Translations under genes and position numbers: made by a program
Notes under the pieces: model-generated
The model's input: only the letters and a program-made list of their open reading frames with translations
What the model was told of the DNA's origin: nothing
The model's database searches: none
Shown here: one piece after another, positions 9,847 to 20,775 of the stretch
How the letters are laid out: each line of letters begins with the position of its first letter
Position numbering within the stretch: position 1 is the first letter of the stretch
NCBI GenBank assembly: GCA_963676915.2
Contig: CAXXVK010000003.1
Location: forward strand, 1 to 63,932
Source of the DNA: Myxococcota bacterium
Lineage (GTDB): Bacteria; Myxococcota_A; SURF-8; G963663525
DNA: 63,932 nucleotides
Reading direction: 5' to 3'

Positions 9847-10809
9847 TCAATAGCGCGATCCAGCCGTCTGTTTCGGTAAGCGACTTCGGATTTGTGTCAG
9901 TTCCTCGGTTGTAAACTGTACGTTCGAGGCTCCGAGGTTTTCTTTCAATCGTTCGATACGTCGCGTTCCCGGAATCGTGAAGATATCTTCGCCCTGAGCC
10001 AGCACCCAGGCAAGCGCAACTTGTGCCGCCGTTGCCCCCTTTTGAGTGGCGATTTCCTGGATCAACGCCACGAAGCGGGCGTTCTCTGCCAATGCTTCAT
10101 CACTGAAACGAGGATTTTCGAGCCGCCAATCGTCGGAACCGAGTGCTTCCCGGTTGGGAATCGCACCGGTGAGAAAACCACGGCCCAGCGGCGCATAGGC
10201 CACAAAGGCAATCCCCAAATCGCGGCAGGTACCAAGAATATCTTCCTCCACATCGCGGCTCCAGAGTGAATATTCGGTTTGCAGCGCCGTGATCGGATGG
10301 ACGGCATGAGCAGCGCGGATTTGTTCGGCAGAAAATTCGCTCAAGCCGATAAAACGCACTTTTCCCTCGTCTACCAACTCCTTCATGGCACCGACGCTAT
10401 CTTCCACCGGCACGTCCGGGTCCGGACGATGCTGATAGTACAGGTCGATCGCCTCGATCCCTAAGCGCTCCAGGCTTTTCTCGCAGGCTTGTTTCACATA
10501 GTCCGGTCGCCCGGAGATCCCCAGCCATTCCCCATTCGGTCCACGCTGAACGCCGAACTTCGTCGCCACCGTCACTTTTTCCCAACGGTCCGAAAAAGCT
10601 TTGGAAAGCAATTCTTCGTTGTGCCCGGCTCCATACATGTCGGCGGTGTCGAAATGATTGATTCCAAGATCGATGGCTGTATGCAGGGTCTTGATGTGGC
10701 CCGCTTCGTCAAGCGTTCCGCTGTAAAACTCCGACATACCCATGCATCCGAGACCAATGCGGCCAAGCGTAAGTGTGCTTTTTCCAAGAGTTTTCTGAAT
10801 ATTTGTCAT
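9847..10809 (-). CDS. Aldo/keto reductase
   Basis: [36 protein letters not shown]. Confidence 0.95.
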   Translation of the reverse strand: MTNIQKTLGKSTLTLGRIGLGCMGMSEFYSGTLDEAGHIKTLHTAIDLGINHFDTADMYGAGHNEELLSKAFSDRWEKVTVATKFGVQRGPNGEWLGISGRPDYVKQACEKSLERLGIEAIDLYYQHRPDPDVPVEDSVGAMKELVDEGKVRFIGLSEFSAEQIRAAHAVHPITALQTEYSLWSRDVEEDILGTCRDLGIAFVAYAPLGRGFLTGAIPNREALGSDDWRLENPRFSDEALAENARFVALIQEIATQKGATAAQVALAWVLAQGEDIFTIPGTRRIERLKENLGASNVQFTTEELTQIRSRLPKQTAGSRY

Positions 10810-10932
10810 GAAAATTCTCCTTTGATTTTCGTTCTTTTATTCTTTCATCCGAGCTTCTTGGGGAGTTCCCGGTAAGCGGTTTATACCTTTCATTGAACAC
10901 TGTAAAACGTCCGAATATTCCAAAATCATATT

Positions 10933-12264
10933 TTACGGATCGTTTATTTCCGGTTGTATGCCGAATTTTTCAAAAAGTTCCTCCAGGCTTTCCTTTCGTA
11001 CGGTAGGTGGATCACCACGGAACAGGAAATACAAGGAATCTCCTTCGAAAAACTGAACGAGTTCCTCATCGATGGGTGGGCTGAAAGGAAAACAACTACC
11101 CAACCCTAACTCCCAGTTATCATTGAATTTTGCAGCGCAGAACTTTCGAACGTCCTCATTCCATACCGACGGAACCGACCACAGCCATTTTCCCGTAATT
11201 TCCAGCGATGGAAACGGCCAGGAATATCGGTAATCCGTCCGAACATCCGGGTCATTGTAGGAATAATGGGTTTCCAGTGCTGTCGGTTCGTTGAAATCCA
11301 CGATCCTCAAACGCTCAACGGCTGAGCTCCAACTGGGAAACCACAAGACAAGGGCATGATTCCCATCGATGCTGACACGTGAATCCGGTTCGATGCAACA
11401 GGTGTCCAACTCATCCAGAGTTTGCAGGTATTGAGGTTGTCCCTGGTCATCGAAATCGTAGAGTTTCCAGCGATCGATGTTGAAATCATCCTGAGAACTG
11501 TACAGGTGGCAATATTGGGTCGCTCGTTGGTCATCGGCCATGATCAAGGGGGATCTCCCGATGATAGTCCAGTCATCGTTTTCCAGTCCGAAAACGGAAA
11601 TCGGCTGAGGATTTTCAAGGTTTTGCCAATCCAACACCATGGTGATGTCCGCATAATGGGCAACTTCCTTGCCTCGTAAAAAAGCCTGGACCAGCCAATA
11701 CAAGCGATTTTCCCGCACGCTGAAAGCATAGCCGTGCAACACCTGTAAAACATCTTCAGGCAGGTTCGTCATGTCGGCCACACCCATTCGTCCCGTTTCG
11801 GTGGGAGTTCCCTCATTGTCCAGCGTGTAAAAGTTCAACGTGTCGTTTCCTGAAACGATCAGATTGTCTTCCCAGACAAACAAGGTGTTTTCCCGTCTGG
11901 AACCGCCGTACCCTTTTCGAGAAGGTGCCGATTCCAATTCCAACTCGTAAGAAGCCTTCCACCGTGGCGTATCCGAAGAGATCCGATCGAAAATGTGCAA
12001 CGTGGAATCGTCGAGCCAGTACAACCGATCTTCGAAAATTTTTACAGGGTTGCTGTTGCCGTACATTTTTATCGGCTTGTCGGATTCTGAAGGCGAATCT
12101 TCCTCGTACTCGGTATCGATTTCTTCACCGTTTCCAGGACGGTCGTTGTCTCCCAACGTACCGACCGGATGATCCGACGAACAGCCCGCAACAAGGCACA
12201 GCAAAAAACAGGATAAAAGCGAAAAACGCAGTCGAAAAGGCAAGTTGGAACGGTTTCCCATCAT
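10933..12264 (-). CDS. Beta-rich lipoprotein, tandem paralog 2
   Basis: ATG 12264 overlaps the upstream stop (ATGA); lipobox VAGC; shares LYWLDxSTLHxF, CCxEPDS and RKESLE with the neighbour. Confidence 0.8.
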   Translation of the reverse strand: MMGNRSNLPFRLRFSLLSCFLLCLVAGCSSDHPVGTLGDNDRPGNGEEIDTEYEEDSPSESDKPIKMYGNSNPVKIFEDRLYWLDDSTLHIFDRISSDTPRWKASYELELESAPSRKGYGGSRRENTLFVWEDNLIVSGNDTLNFYTLDNEGTPTETGRMGVADMTNLPEDVLQVLHGYAFSVRENRLYWLVQAFLRGKEVAHYADITMVLDWQNLENPQPISVFGLENDDWTIIGRSPLIMADDQRATQYCHLYSSQDDFNIDRWKLYDFDDQGQPQYLQTLDELDTCCIEPDSRVSIDGNHALVLWFPSWSSAVERLRIVDFNEPTALETHYSYNDPDVRTDYRYSWPFPSLEITGKWLWSVPSVWNEDVRKFCAAKFNDNWELGLGSCFPFSPPIDEELVQFFEGDSLYFLFRGDPPTVRKESLEELFEKFGIQPEINDP

Positions 12265-13646
12265 TGCAACGAAGACTCCTCCAAGGTTTGGAACCAATCT
12301 TCCAGGCTTTCTTTTCGTATCGAGGGACGATCGCCGGGAAACAGAATGTACAGATCATCTCCATCGACATATTGAACGAATTCCCTCTCGTCGGGAAGAT
12401 GGAACGACACGCAATTTCCCGGTCCCGGCTGCCACTGGTCGTCGAAAGTCGCCGCGCAAAACGTTTTCTGACTTTTATTGACGGCCCAGAGCCGGTCTCC
12501 CCGCAATTGTGTAGATTCCAATGGCCAATCGTAAGGCCATTCCCAATCCACTCCTTCGTCGAAACCTTCCGAAAAAAGTATGTCGAACGATGTGGGATCG
12601 CTTATGTCGAGTAGCGTCATCCGTTTAAAAAACGAAATGTTCGTTGGGTACCATAGGATCAACAACCGGTCGCCGTCGATACGAACTTGAGAGTCCGGTT
12701 CCCCGCAACAGATCTCGACGTTCTCCAGCGTTCCGATGGGAAACGGTTTGCCATCGTCGTCGAATTGAAAAAGCTTCCATAGATCGAAATTCGCATCGGA
12801 CGAAAGATCATAACGATGAATGTATTGGATCGCCAGTTGATCCCCGTGCAACAGAAGCGAAGAACGTTCGATGTGACTGTACCATCCCACGTTTATCTGG
12901 TCGTTGACGGTATCCACGATACGTAGGTTTTTCATATCGTGAAGATCCACGATCACATTGTTTTCCACATGCAGAAGATTTTCGTTACTCAGACCCTGGA
13001 CCAGCCAGAACAACAGTCCATCACGAACACTGAACACGTTGGATAGATTCGTCCAGGTATCCGGTATGATTTCCCGGTCGAAACTTGTAACGAGTTGAGG
13101 TTGTGGGGCGAGTTCACTGAAGGTGTAGAACCCCAAATGATCATGTGTGGAAACGATCAGTTTGCCGTCATCTACAAGGAGGGTTGGGGCTGCGCTGCCA
13201 CCGAACGATTTACGGGATACCAGCGACTCCAATGGGTAAGAAGCTTCCAGCGACCACGTATTCCAAAGGGTGATTTCGAAAACGTGCAGGGTCGAACCAT
13301 CGAGCCAGTAAAGGCTATGGTCCTCTATTTGTACGATGTCGCTGGTTCCGTGCAGTTCCCAAGGTTCATCGAGTGCGGAAAAGGATTCTTCTTCGTCCGA
13401 CGACTCCGATTCTTCAGAATCACGATCCCAATCCTGATCCAGGTCCATATCATGGTCGCCACCGGTTTCGACCTGGTCTTCATCGCTACTGGTTTCATCA
13501 GCAATTTCAACAAGTTCGTCATTGTCAAGGTTCCGGTCGTTATCGGCATTTTCTCCCGGCAAACCCACGGACGTCTCCGACGAACAACCCGCAAGTCCGA
13601 CAAGCAGGACGAGAAAAAGAAAAATCATCGGGCCACGGCGGCTCAT
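12261..13646 (-). CDS. Beta-rich lipoprotein, tandem paralog 1
   Basis: Probable start MSRRGPM (13646); lipobox LAGC; acidic linker; collinear similarity to the downstream gene. Confidence 0.8.
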   Translation of the reverse strand: MSRRGPMIFLFLVLLVGLAGCSSETSVGLPGENADNDRNLDNDELVEIADETSSDEDQVETGGDHDMDLDQDWDRDSEESESSDEEESFSALDEPWELHGTSDIVQIEDHSLYWLDGSTLHVFEITLWNTWSLEASYPLESLVSRKSFGGSAAPTLLVDDGKLIVSTHDHLGFYTFSELAPQPQLVTSFDREIIPDTWTNLSNVFSVRDGLLFWLVQGLSNENLLHVENNVIVDLHDMKNLRIVDTVNDQINVGWYSHIERSSLLLHGDQLAIQYIHRYDLSSDANFDLWKLFQFDDDGKPFPIGTLENVEICCGEPDSQVRIDGDRLLILWYPTNISFFKRMTLLDISDPTSFDILFSEGFDEGVDWEWPYDWPLESTQLRGDRLWAVNKSQKTFCAATFDDQWQPGPGNCVSFHLPDEREFVQYVDGDDLYILFPGDRPSIRKESLEDWFQTLEESSLQ

Positions 13647-14042
13647 TGGCTTCGCTTTCGACGCTAGGGGATGAAAAGATTTCGTATTATACCAATTCGA
13701 CGATCTTTTGTGCGATTTTTCTGCTTTTGTTTCTCGACTCTGGGAAAAGGGAAACGCCGGATGTCCTTGAAACGAATCTCTTTCCCATACCGCAAAACCG
13801 CGTCGAATCCTTCTATTTTGTGCCAGATCGTAGTCTGGAAAAACCGTCACAAAGTGTTGGATCAGGGGAACATTGGGTGGAAAATCGCCCTTTTTTCGTC
13901 ACAAAGGGTGGTATTTCGGGGAACATTGTGCCAGTCGGATTCGCTTTTGGAACGTTTTATTCCCTTCGTTCCCATTCATGGATGGTTTTGCGTCGAACAT
14001 CGCGATTCGGAACGGCATTTTTTACCCGAATCGAATCGGTTA

Positions 14043-14705
14043 TTATCCTTCGTTTTCGTCCAGACGATGCAGGAAGCGGTTCACCAACGCCACCATATCC
14101 GACAAGCGATCGATCAGGTCGTGTTCACCATCGAGATAATGGGCTTCGACTCGGGGATTGTATTCGACGAAGCGCCGCGAAAGCTCCACCGGTACCACCT
14201 CATCGTTCAAACCGTGCATCAGCAGGGTGGGAAGCCGCCCCACGGCGGGATAAGCGGCATGGTTGAAAGCATCTTCGGCAAAACCGAAATGCAGCATTTT
14301 TTCCGCTTCGTAGGCGTAATGCAACATCGGCAAACGCCCCATGGCTTTCCAGCGCTCGAACGTTTCCTCTCCCAGCGTTCCTTTGAACTGCCGGGCAAAG
14401 TCGAAGGCTGGAGCCATCAGCACAAGCCCCCGAAGGCAGTCGTCGCCCTTGGAGGCCGCCAGCGACGCCGTGTAGCCGCCGAGACTCGACCCCATCAACA
14501 CATAAGGGCGATCCAACGCTCGTGCTTCCCGTTCGACGAGCGCCAGCATTCGAGAAAGGGTCATGTGCTCGAAATCGTTTTCGTTGAGGTCGGGAATTCG
14601 CACCTCGCGGCCCTCGGCTTCCCAGATCTCGCGATACACCTGCGCCTTGCGCGAACCGGGACTCGAAGCAAACCCGTGAAGATACAAAATCGGCAAAGGC
14701 GTCAT
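14043..14705 (-). CDS. YqiA/YcfP (UPF0227) alpha/beta-hydrolase esterase
   Basis: LYLHGFASSPGS, GSSLGG nucleophile elbow, HGLNDEVVP, GEH. Confidence 0.9.
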   Translation of the reverse strand: MTPLPILYLHGFASSPGSRKAQVYREIWEAEGREVRIPDLNENDFEHMTLSRMLALVEREARALDRPYVLMGSSLGGYTASLAASKGDDCLRGLVLMAPAFDFARQFKGTLGEETFERWKAMGRLPMLHYAYEAEKMLHFGFAEDAFNHAAYPAVGRLPTLLMHGLNDEVVPVELSRRFVEYNPRVEAHYLDGEHDLIDRLSDMVALVNRFLHRLDENEG

Positions 14706-14819
14706 GAGTTTTGTTCCTTTTTGTCCGAAAAACCGGGGCTATAGCAGGGTTTGCACAGCCTCCCGGACCTGAAGGTCCGTGAGACTATGGCACACGTTGG
14801 ATTTATAAAATGTCAATAA

Positions 14820-14865
14820 AAACCTAATCTTACGGTTTGGCTTTAGAACAGGTGACGACACTACC
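14820..14865. repeat. One-ended copy of the 80-bp TIR element at 36528-36607
   Basis: 40 of 46 bases identical to 36562-36607, ending GTGACGACACTACC. Confidence 0.7.
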
Positions 14866-14880
14866 TAATGTATTTTTGAA

Positions 14881-14905
14881 AGGTCGGGTGAAAAGCACCC
14901 GACCT
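14881..14905 (-). terminator. Hairpin downstream of kbl
   Basis: AGGTCGGGTG-AAAAG-CACCCGACCT perfect 10-bp stem. Confidence 0.55.
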
Positions 14906-14935
14906 GTTTAAATGGTGATATCCGCCTGATACAAC

Positions 14936-16123
14936 TCAGGAAATCACGCCGTGCTTGCGACCGACCTTGGTAAACGCGGCAATTGCACGGTCCAGATGTT
15001 CGCGGGTGTGACCGGCGCTGATCTGCACCCGGATGCGGGCCTTGTCGCGAGGAACCACCGGGAAGCTGAAGCCCTTGACGTAGATGCCCTCGGTCAGCAT
15101 GTCTTTGGCGATGTCCGCCGCCAGCTTGGCGTCTCCCAGCATGATCGGAGCGATCGGCGTGACGCCTTCGAGGATCGTGAAGCCGGTTTTCGACATTTCG
15201 TGACGGAAATAGTTGGTATTCTCTTCCAGAGTGTCGCGCAGGGTCGTGGTTTCGGAAATCAGGTCCAGCACCACCATGGAAGCGCTGACGATCACCGGCG
15301 ACAAGGCGTTGGAGAACAGATACGGGCGGCTGCGTTGACGCAGCAGGTCGACGATCTCGCCGTGGGCGGCGGTGAAACCACCGGAAGCTCCGCCCAACGC
15401 TTTACCCAGCGTGGAGGTGATGATGTCCACGCGGTCCATGACGCCCCAGTGTTCCGGGGTGCCGCGTCCGGTTCTTCCGATAAAGCCCGTGGCGTGGGAG
15501 TCGTCCACCATCACCAGGGCATCGTAGCGGTCCGCCAGGTCACAGATATCTTTGAGTTGGGCCAGGTAGCCGTCCATGGAAAACACGCCGTCCGTAGCGA
15601 TCATGCGCAGGCGTTTTCCCTGGGTTTTTTTGAGAATATCTTCCAACTCGTTCATATCGCTGTTTTTGTAGCGATGCCGTTCGGCCTTGCACAGACGAAC
15701 GCCGTCGATGATGCTGGCGTGGTTCAATTCATCCGAAATGATGGCGTCTTCCTTGCCAAGCAGCGTTTCGAAAAGCCCGCCGTTGGCGTCGAAACAGGAA
15801 GAGTACAAAATGCAATCTTCGGTTCCCAAAAAGGCCGCGATTTTTTTCTCCAACTCCTCGTGGATGTCCTGGGTTCCGCAGATGAAACGAACGGAACTCA
15901 TGCCGTAACCGCGTTTTTCGAGAGAGTTTTTGGCGGCTTCCATCACTTTGGGATGGGAAGAAAGTCCAAGGTAATTGTTGGCGCAAAAATTGAGCACGCT
16001 GCCCTGGGGAACTTCGATATCCGCGCCTTGCGGGGTCTGGATCGGCCATTCCTCTTTGAAAAGCCCGGCCTCTTTAATGCCCTTCAATTCGTCGGCCAGA
16101 ATCGATTTGAGTTTTCCGTACAT
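14936..16123 (-). CDS. kbl: Glycine C-acetyltransferase (2-amino-3-ketobutyrate CoA ligase)
   Basis: [37 protein letters not shown] (PLP Lys), [11 protein letters not shown]. Confidence 0.96.
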   Translation of the reverse strand: MYGKLKSILADELKGIKEAGLFKEEWPIQTPQGADIEVPQGSVLNFCANNYLGLSSHPKVMEAAKNSLEKRGYGMSSVRFICGTQDIHEELEKKIAAFLGTEDCILYSSCFDANGGLFETLLGKEDAIISDELNHASIIDGVRLCKAERHRYKNSDMNELEDILKKTQGKRLRMIATDGVFSMDGYLAQLKDICDLADRYDALVMVDDSHATGFIGRTGRGTPEHWGVMDRVDIITSTLGKALGGASGGFTAAHGEIVDLLRQRSRPYLFSNALSPVIVSASMVVLDLISETTTLRDTLEENTNYFRHEMSKTGFTILEGVTPIAPIMLGDAKLAADIAKDMLTEGIYVKGFSFPVVPRDKARIRVQISAGHTREHLDRAIAAFTKVGRKHGVIS

Positions 16124-16450
16124 GGGTCTATCTCCATTCAGGTTTACGTTAAAAAGAAATGGGTTCAGATTGCAACGTCAAGCAACAAAAAGCGCCGGAA
16201 GAAAAAACGAAATATTCAACAAAAACCGGCTCTTCCACCATACTCGCCAGTCTTCCGACATCGTGAAATCACAGCAGAAACGACAACGTTGCAGGCATCC
16301 GAAACCATACCATTGCAGGATCGATCCTCAAACAAAAATCCTTGTTTGCCGTGGTTTGGGGGTGCAAACGTACGATGATTTGTAAGGATAGCGTGGATTC
16401 AAAATGGGAACCTGGATAACACTGTTTTTTCGATCAACCTGGCGTGAAAT

Positions 16451-18691
16451 TCACTCCTGAAATTCCTGGGGTACGGTATCGTCTCCCACCGGCGGGAAAA
16501 AGTGAAAGAACTGCCAGATCTCGGCGGTATCCTGTGTCGAAAGATTCTGGAGCCAGCGGTAGGCATGGAAGCGTTTCTTGCCACCATCCGGGATCACGCC
16601 GAAATACACGATGGGAAGCGTCATGTTCTCCGGAACGACCAGAACTTCCTTGAGGCTCGGTTCGGCAGCGACCACCGAACGGTACAGCATAACCATATCG
16701 GCCTTGCGCTGGATAAGAGCATCGACGGCCTCGCGGTTCGAAGATACATGACGGACGATTTTCTCGGCTGCGTTCCATAACCCCATGGTTTTCATAGCGT
16801 ATTCCGCGTGAACGCCACCGGGACATTGTACGGGGTCGAGGGTGATCAACCGACCTTTCTTCAGAGTTTTGAGAAACTGGACCGGATTGGTGGAAGGGTT
16901 GTAATCCTCATTCCGTATGCTGATGGAAAGTCGGGTTTGCGCCACGGGAAGAATCACGGCTCCCTTGAACGGACCCTGCTTGCGAATCATCCGCACCGCG
17001 TCCGAGCCTTCGAGCAGGAACAGGTCGCAGCGTTCGTTTTCTTTCAAAATCCGTTGTTTCCAACCGGGAGTCGAATCGGCCAGGATCTCTATTTCACCGA
17101 CGAAACGTTGTTTTTTTCCTACGATTTCACGAACGGCGTCCTCTACGGTATCGTCTACGCAAAAACGAAAAACCGGCTCCGGCGATGCTGCCCATGACTG
17201 GGAAACACCACCCGAGGAAATGAGCGTACCTAAGAAAATTACGAGAAAAACCGCCATCTTGGCCAGCAATCCTTCCACTTCCTTACGCCAGCGTTCGTCA
17301 CGGATGTTTTCCAGGAAACGTTGACCCAATCGACGGATATACGGTTTGGCGGATCTCTTGTCGAAAATCATGTTGGCAAGGCTATGGTGAGCGAGTTGGT
17401 CGGTGACTTCGCAATCCGGGTGACGTTGCCAGAGGCGTTGCAGAATCTGGCGTACCCATTCCCACTGCTTGACCCGACCATACTGGTTGGCCGCCAGCAA
17501 CAGAAGATACGGTTCGCCGGTGTACTGTCGTTCCGAATCGTTGAAAAAAACGGGAAAGCGATCGAAAAAATGCTTCCAGTCGCCAAGGTTGGCAATGGCG
17601 ATCAGTTCGTGTTCCAGTCTTTGCAGGGTTTCGGCATCTTTTTGGGGATCTTTTTTCCGAACGGTCAGGGAACCGATGGTTTGCAGCACGCTGGACAAAC
17701 TGGCGCTGGCGTCCGAACGGTCGGGCTCGTCGTCGTCATCGTCCGGGGCAAGCTGGCTTTCGGTATACAGATTCGGATCTTGCACGGCAAGCAGTTCGCT
17801 GGTTCTGGAATTGCCCATGGACATCAGCTCCATGGTGACTTGCCTGAGCTTCGTTTCGGGAGTGGATTCGCTTCCCAGCAACAATTCCACAGAGGACAGC
17901 GCTTGTCGATGCTCTTGCCGTGCCTGTTCGAAAAGTTGCGGTTCCCGGTTGGCGATTACAGCGGAAGATACCTGTACCGGAATCAGTTCTTGAGCGCGAA
18001 AGTACTTGAATAAATCGCCTTTGAGCGAAAACAGTGCCAACACCAGTCCCACCGCCGCACTGCCGCACTGCCCGGCCCAATCCAGCGGATTCGCCAGGAT
18101 CGGCATTCCCTCGGGCCAGGAGGATTGCAGTGCTTTCGCCATCATGGGCCACAAGCCTTGAAATGCAGCCCAGGCGAACAGCAAAAACAGGGGACCGACA
18201 ACGAAAACGCCACGGTAGATTTTGTTGAACCCCAGCATCATGTAGGTCCACTCGACACCCATTTTCGGCGAGATGAAAAACGAAATGGTCAGCAGCCCGG
18301 CAATGGCTCCGGTGGGACCGGTCAAAGCGACCGGTGACGGGCTGTGAATCGCTACCGTAGCTATAGCGGCTCCCATCCCGCACAACACGAAAGCCGCCAG
18401 AAAGCCGAAGATCGTCCAACGTCCTTCGATAATCACACCGGTGACGAACAAAAGCGCCCCTGAAACAATCAGTTGCAACGTGTCCGAAGGCAGTACGAGA
18501 TGGGTCAGCCAGGAAATCGGCTTGGGTTTGGGGGCAATGAACAGGTAGGGAAAAAGACGTTCCACCGATTGGTGATGCTGGAAATACGAGGCCAGCAACA
18601 ACCCCAGAAAGCAGAGAAAAACGAGAAGGATGGTTCCAACGGCCGGTCGTCCGGTGGATTGGGTAAAGCCGGTGGGAACAGCAACCATCAT
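16451..18691 (-). CDS. Membrane protein: degenerate rhomboid domain, helical middle region, TM segment, ModA-like substrate-binding domain
   Basis: Rhomboid-like TM pattern (WLTHLVL, IIEGRW, TGPTGAIAGLL); C-terminal DPVQCPGGVHA, ADMVMLYRS, PIVY resemble ModA. Confidence 0.7.
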   Translation of the reverse strand: MMVAVPTGFTQSTGRPAVGTILLVFLCFLGLLLASYFQHHQSVERLFPYLFIAPKPKPISWLTHLVLPSDTLQLIVSGALLFVTGVIIEGRWTIFGFLAAFVLCGMGAAIATVAIHSPSPVALTGPTGAIAGLLTISFFISPKMGVEWTYMMLGFNKIYRGVFVVGPLFLLFAWAAFQGLWPMMAKALQSSWPEGMPILANPLDWAGQCGSAAVGLVLALFSLKGDLFKYFRAQELIPVQVSSAVIANREPQLFEQARQEHRQALSSVELLLGSESTPETKLRQVTMELMSMGNSRTSELLAVQDPNLYTESQLAPDDDDDEPDRSDASASLSSVLQTIGSLTVRKKDPQKDAETLQRLEHELIAIANLGDWKHFFDRFPVFFNDSERQYTGEPYLLLLAANQYGRVKQWEWVRQILQRLWQRHPDCEVTDQLAHHSLANMIFDKRSAKPYIRRLGQRFLENIRDERWRKEVEGLLAKMAVFLVIFLGTLISSGGVSQSWAASPEPVFRFCVDDTVEDAVREIVGKKQRFVGEIEILADSTPGWKQRILKENERCDLFLLEGSDAVRMIRKQGPFKGAVILPVAQTRLSISIRNEDYNPSTNPVQFLKTLKKGRLITLDPVQCPGGVHAEYAMKTMGLWNAAEKIVRHVSSNREAVDALIQRKADMVMLYRSVVAAEPSLKEVLVVPENMTLPIVYFGVIPDGGKKRFHAYRWLQNLSTQDTAEIWQFFHFFPPVGDDTVPQEFQE

Positions 18692-20403
18692 GGTGAAGAC
18701 TTCCTTCGTTCGATTTCAGAAATCGCCTGGTTCGCGGCATCCTCCATAATGGGATCGCCCGAATCCTTCAGTTCATACAAGATCGGTAGCGCGTCCATAT
18801 CCCCGATATTCCCCAGCAATTCCACAATTCCCACGGCGGTTTCCGGGGAGAGGTCGTCCAGTTCGAGTTGGGAACGAGGCGCTCCGGCAAACTCCGGATC
18901 GATGACGCTACGAACGATCGGACCGAATTGCAAGGCCCAATCCGGGAGGATATCGCAGACATTCGCCACCGCCTTCATGATCAGCAACATCGTCTCGCTT
19001 AATTCCTCCCGCTCCCCTTTGAGCACGCTCAGATAGAACTCGATTCCCTCTTCGTCGAGCGATTGCGCCTGAATCAGTCCTTCCACCGCTGCTCGGCGCA
19101 TTTCGGAAAGGTCGTCTTTCAGGGCTTCGAGCAACATCAGCTCGCTTTTTCCAGGGTCAAGACCCGCCATGGCCGCCAAGGCTTCGACTCGGACGCTCGG
19201 ATCATCGTGAACGAGAAATGTTTGTACGGATTCCCAATGTTCCGATTGACCGATAGCACCGACCAGGTGGATTAAAGGTTGGAGTACTTGGGGTTCCAGG
19301 TAGGTTGCGTTTTCGAGTCGTTTGAGCAACTCGGGCATCGCCGGTTCGCCGATCTCGGCCAAGGCTTGCACGAAAATCTGGCGGATCTCGTCGTCGTCGT
19401 TCTGAATCAGAGCATCGAAGAGTATGGAAGCTCCCTCGGTTCCTGCATAAACGAGAATCACAGCCGCTCGAATCAGTAGGGAAGTGTTCTCTTGCACCAA
19501 CGCCCGTCCCAGGAATTCGGCCACCTCGTGATTCAATGCCGAACCGAACTGTTTTTCCAGAATCGCCGCCTGATCGGCCTGGACTTCATCGAGCATGGAA
19601 AGCAGGTAATCGAGCACGAATACGGAAACAGGCAGATCCTTCGCCGCTACCAGTTTGGGAACGGCAGCCAGCAGACGGGCAAAGCAATCCACGAATTCCG
19701 CCGGTGGCAAACTCGGTTTGCACGTGCGGGTGATTCCTTCGGGATCGCGGCGCAGGCTCGCCACCCATTCGTCATCCACTTCGGCTGTAAAGGTCGGTAA
19801 CAATTCCTCTTCGTGAGAAAATTCGAAATCGGTGGTCGATTCGTCCGCCACCGTGAAGTCCGTTTGCTCGTCATTGTCCGGCAAAGAAAGAAACTCGTCG
19901 TCTCCCATGGGAACGAAGGTCGGCGACTCGGGTTCGATGGTGATTTCATCCAACTCCATATGAGACGAAAATTGCGAGGAACTCGCCCCGAGAGTGGAGG
20001 TGGAATCCAGATATACGTCGATCATCCGTTTGTCGGTATCGGGAAGACCGTTAAACCGGAAAACGGACAACTGTGCGCCTTGAGCAAGGGTTTTGGTCGA
20101 ATCGATCAGTCCTTCCAAACGGATTTCCACGCTGTTGGGCAGCTCGATGATAATCTCCCGAACGTCGCCGATGACAGCCTGACTCGACGTTTGGGTGACA
20201 CAGATATTGTTGCTCCAAAAACGACGATAGTGGTCGGTGACTTCATCCGCGCTTTCGACGATGATCCGCAGCGGCTCGTTGCAATACCAGTTCGTTTTGT
20301 TGTTGCATGGTCCTGCAAAACGCATGGGTCGCCCGATCTTTCTTTCCGTGCCGGATCGTCTGCCTTGCAACGTCGATCCGGCGCTCTGATTCCATTCGAA
20401 CAC
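18688..20403 (-). CDS. PilZ-like N-terminal domain, acidic linker and HEAT repeats
   Basis: RKIGR (RxxxR) and beta-barrel-like segment; repeats such as DDDEIRQIFVQALAEIGEPA, HDDPSVRVEALAAMA, DDLSEMRRAAVEGL. Confidence 0.75.
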   Translation of the reverse strand: MFEWNQSAGSTLQGRRSGTERKIGRPMRFAGPCNNKTNWYCNEPLRIIVESADEVTDHYRRFWSNNICVTQTSSQAVIGDVREIIIELPNSVEIRLEGLIDSTKTLAQGAQLSVFRFNGLPDTDKRMIDVYLDSTSTLGASSSQFSSHMELDEITIEPESPTFVPMGDDEFLSLPDNDEQTDFTVADESTTDFEFSHEEELLPTFTAEVDDEWVASLRRDPEGITRTCKPSLPPAEFVDCFARLLAAVPKLVAAKDLPVSVFVLDYLLSMLDEVQADQAAILEKQFGSALNHEVAEFLGRALVQENTSLLIRAAVILVYAGTEGASILFDALIQNDDDEIRQIFVQALAEIGEPAMPELLKRLENATYLEPQVLQPLIHLVGAIGQSEHWESVQTFLVHDDPSVRVEALAAMAGLDPGKSELMLLEALKDDLSEMRRAAVEGLIQAQSLDEEGIEFYLSVLKGEREELSETMLLIMKAVANVCDILPDWALQFGPIVRSVIDPEFAGAPRSQLELDDLSPETAVGIVELLGNIGDMDALPILYELKDSGDPIMEDAANQAISEIERRKSSP

Positions 20404-20775
20404 AAGACACCAAAGGAGGAGGAAAGCACGTTTTTCGATCCCTCCTCCATTGGTCCCCTGGAAACAAAGACCTATTTAACCACAAACAACGAAAATCCTT
20501 CAATAAAATGAAGCAACTTGGTGGTTTTTGGGAGAATTTTTATTGTCGGAACAAACCGTAAAACGACGAGATCGGATTGTTTTTACCCAACAATTGCCAA
20601 AAACAACCGGAATGCCGGTTGAAGTTTCCCCGCCTGCAACATTTGTGATTTCAGGGAATTACGAAAAACCGTATAGAAAGACAAAAAGATACCTAAGCCG
20701 AAAACACGATTTCGACGGATGTATCTTTTCGTACATTTTTCGAAGGATGACAGACTCGTTCCAACAACGAAACGG

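Noticed and set aside
14951-16378. Long antisense ORFs (for example 14951-16378, 22515-24062, 27123-28508, 31101-32765, 56257-57315)
   Set aside because: They shadow well-supported genes on the opposite strand, as expected from GC-rich codon usage, and show no motifs.
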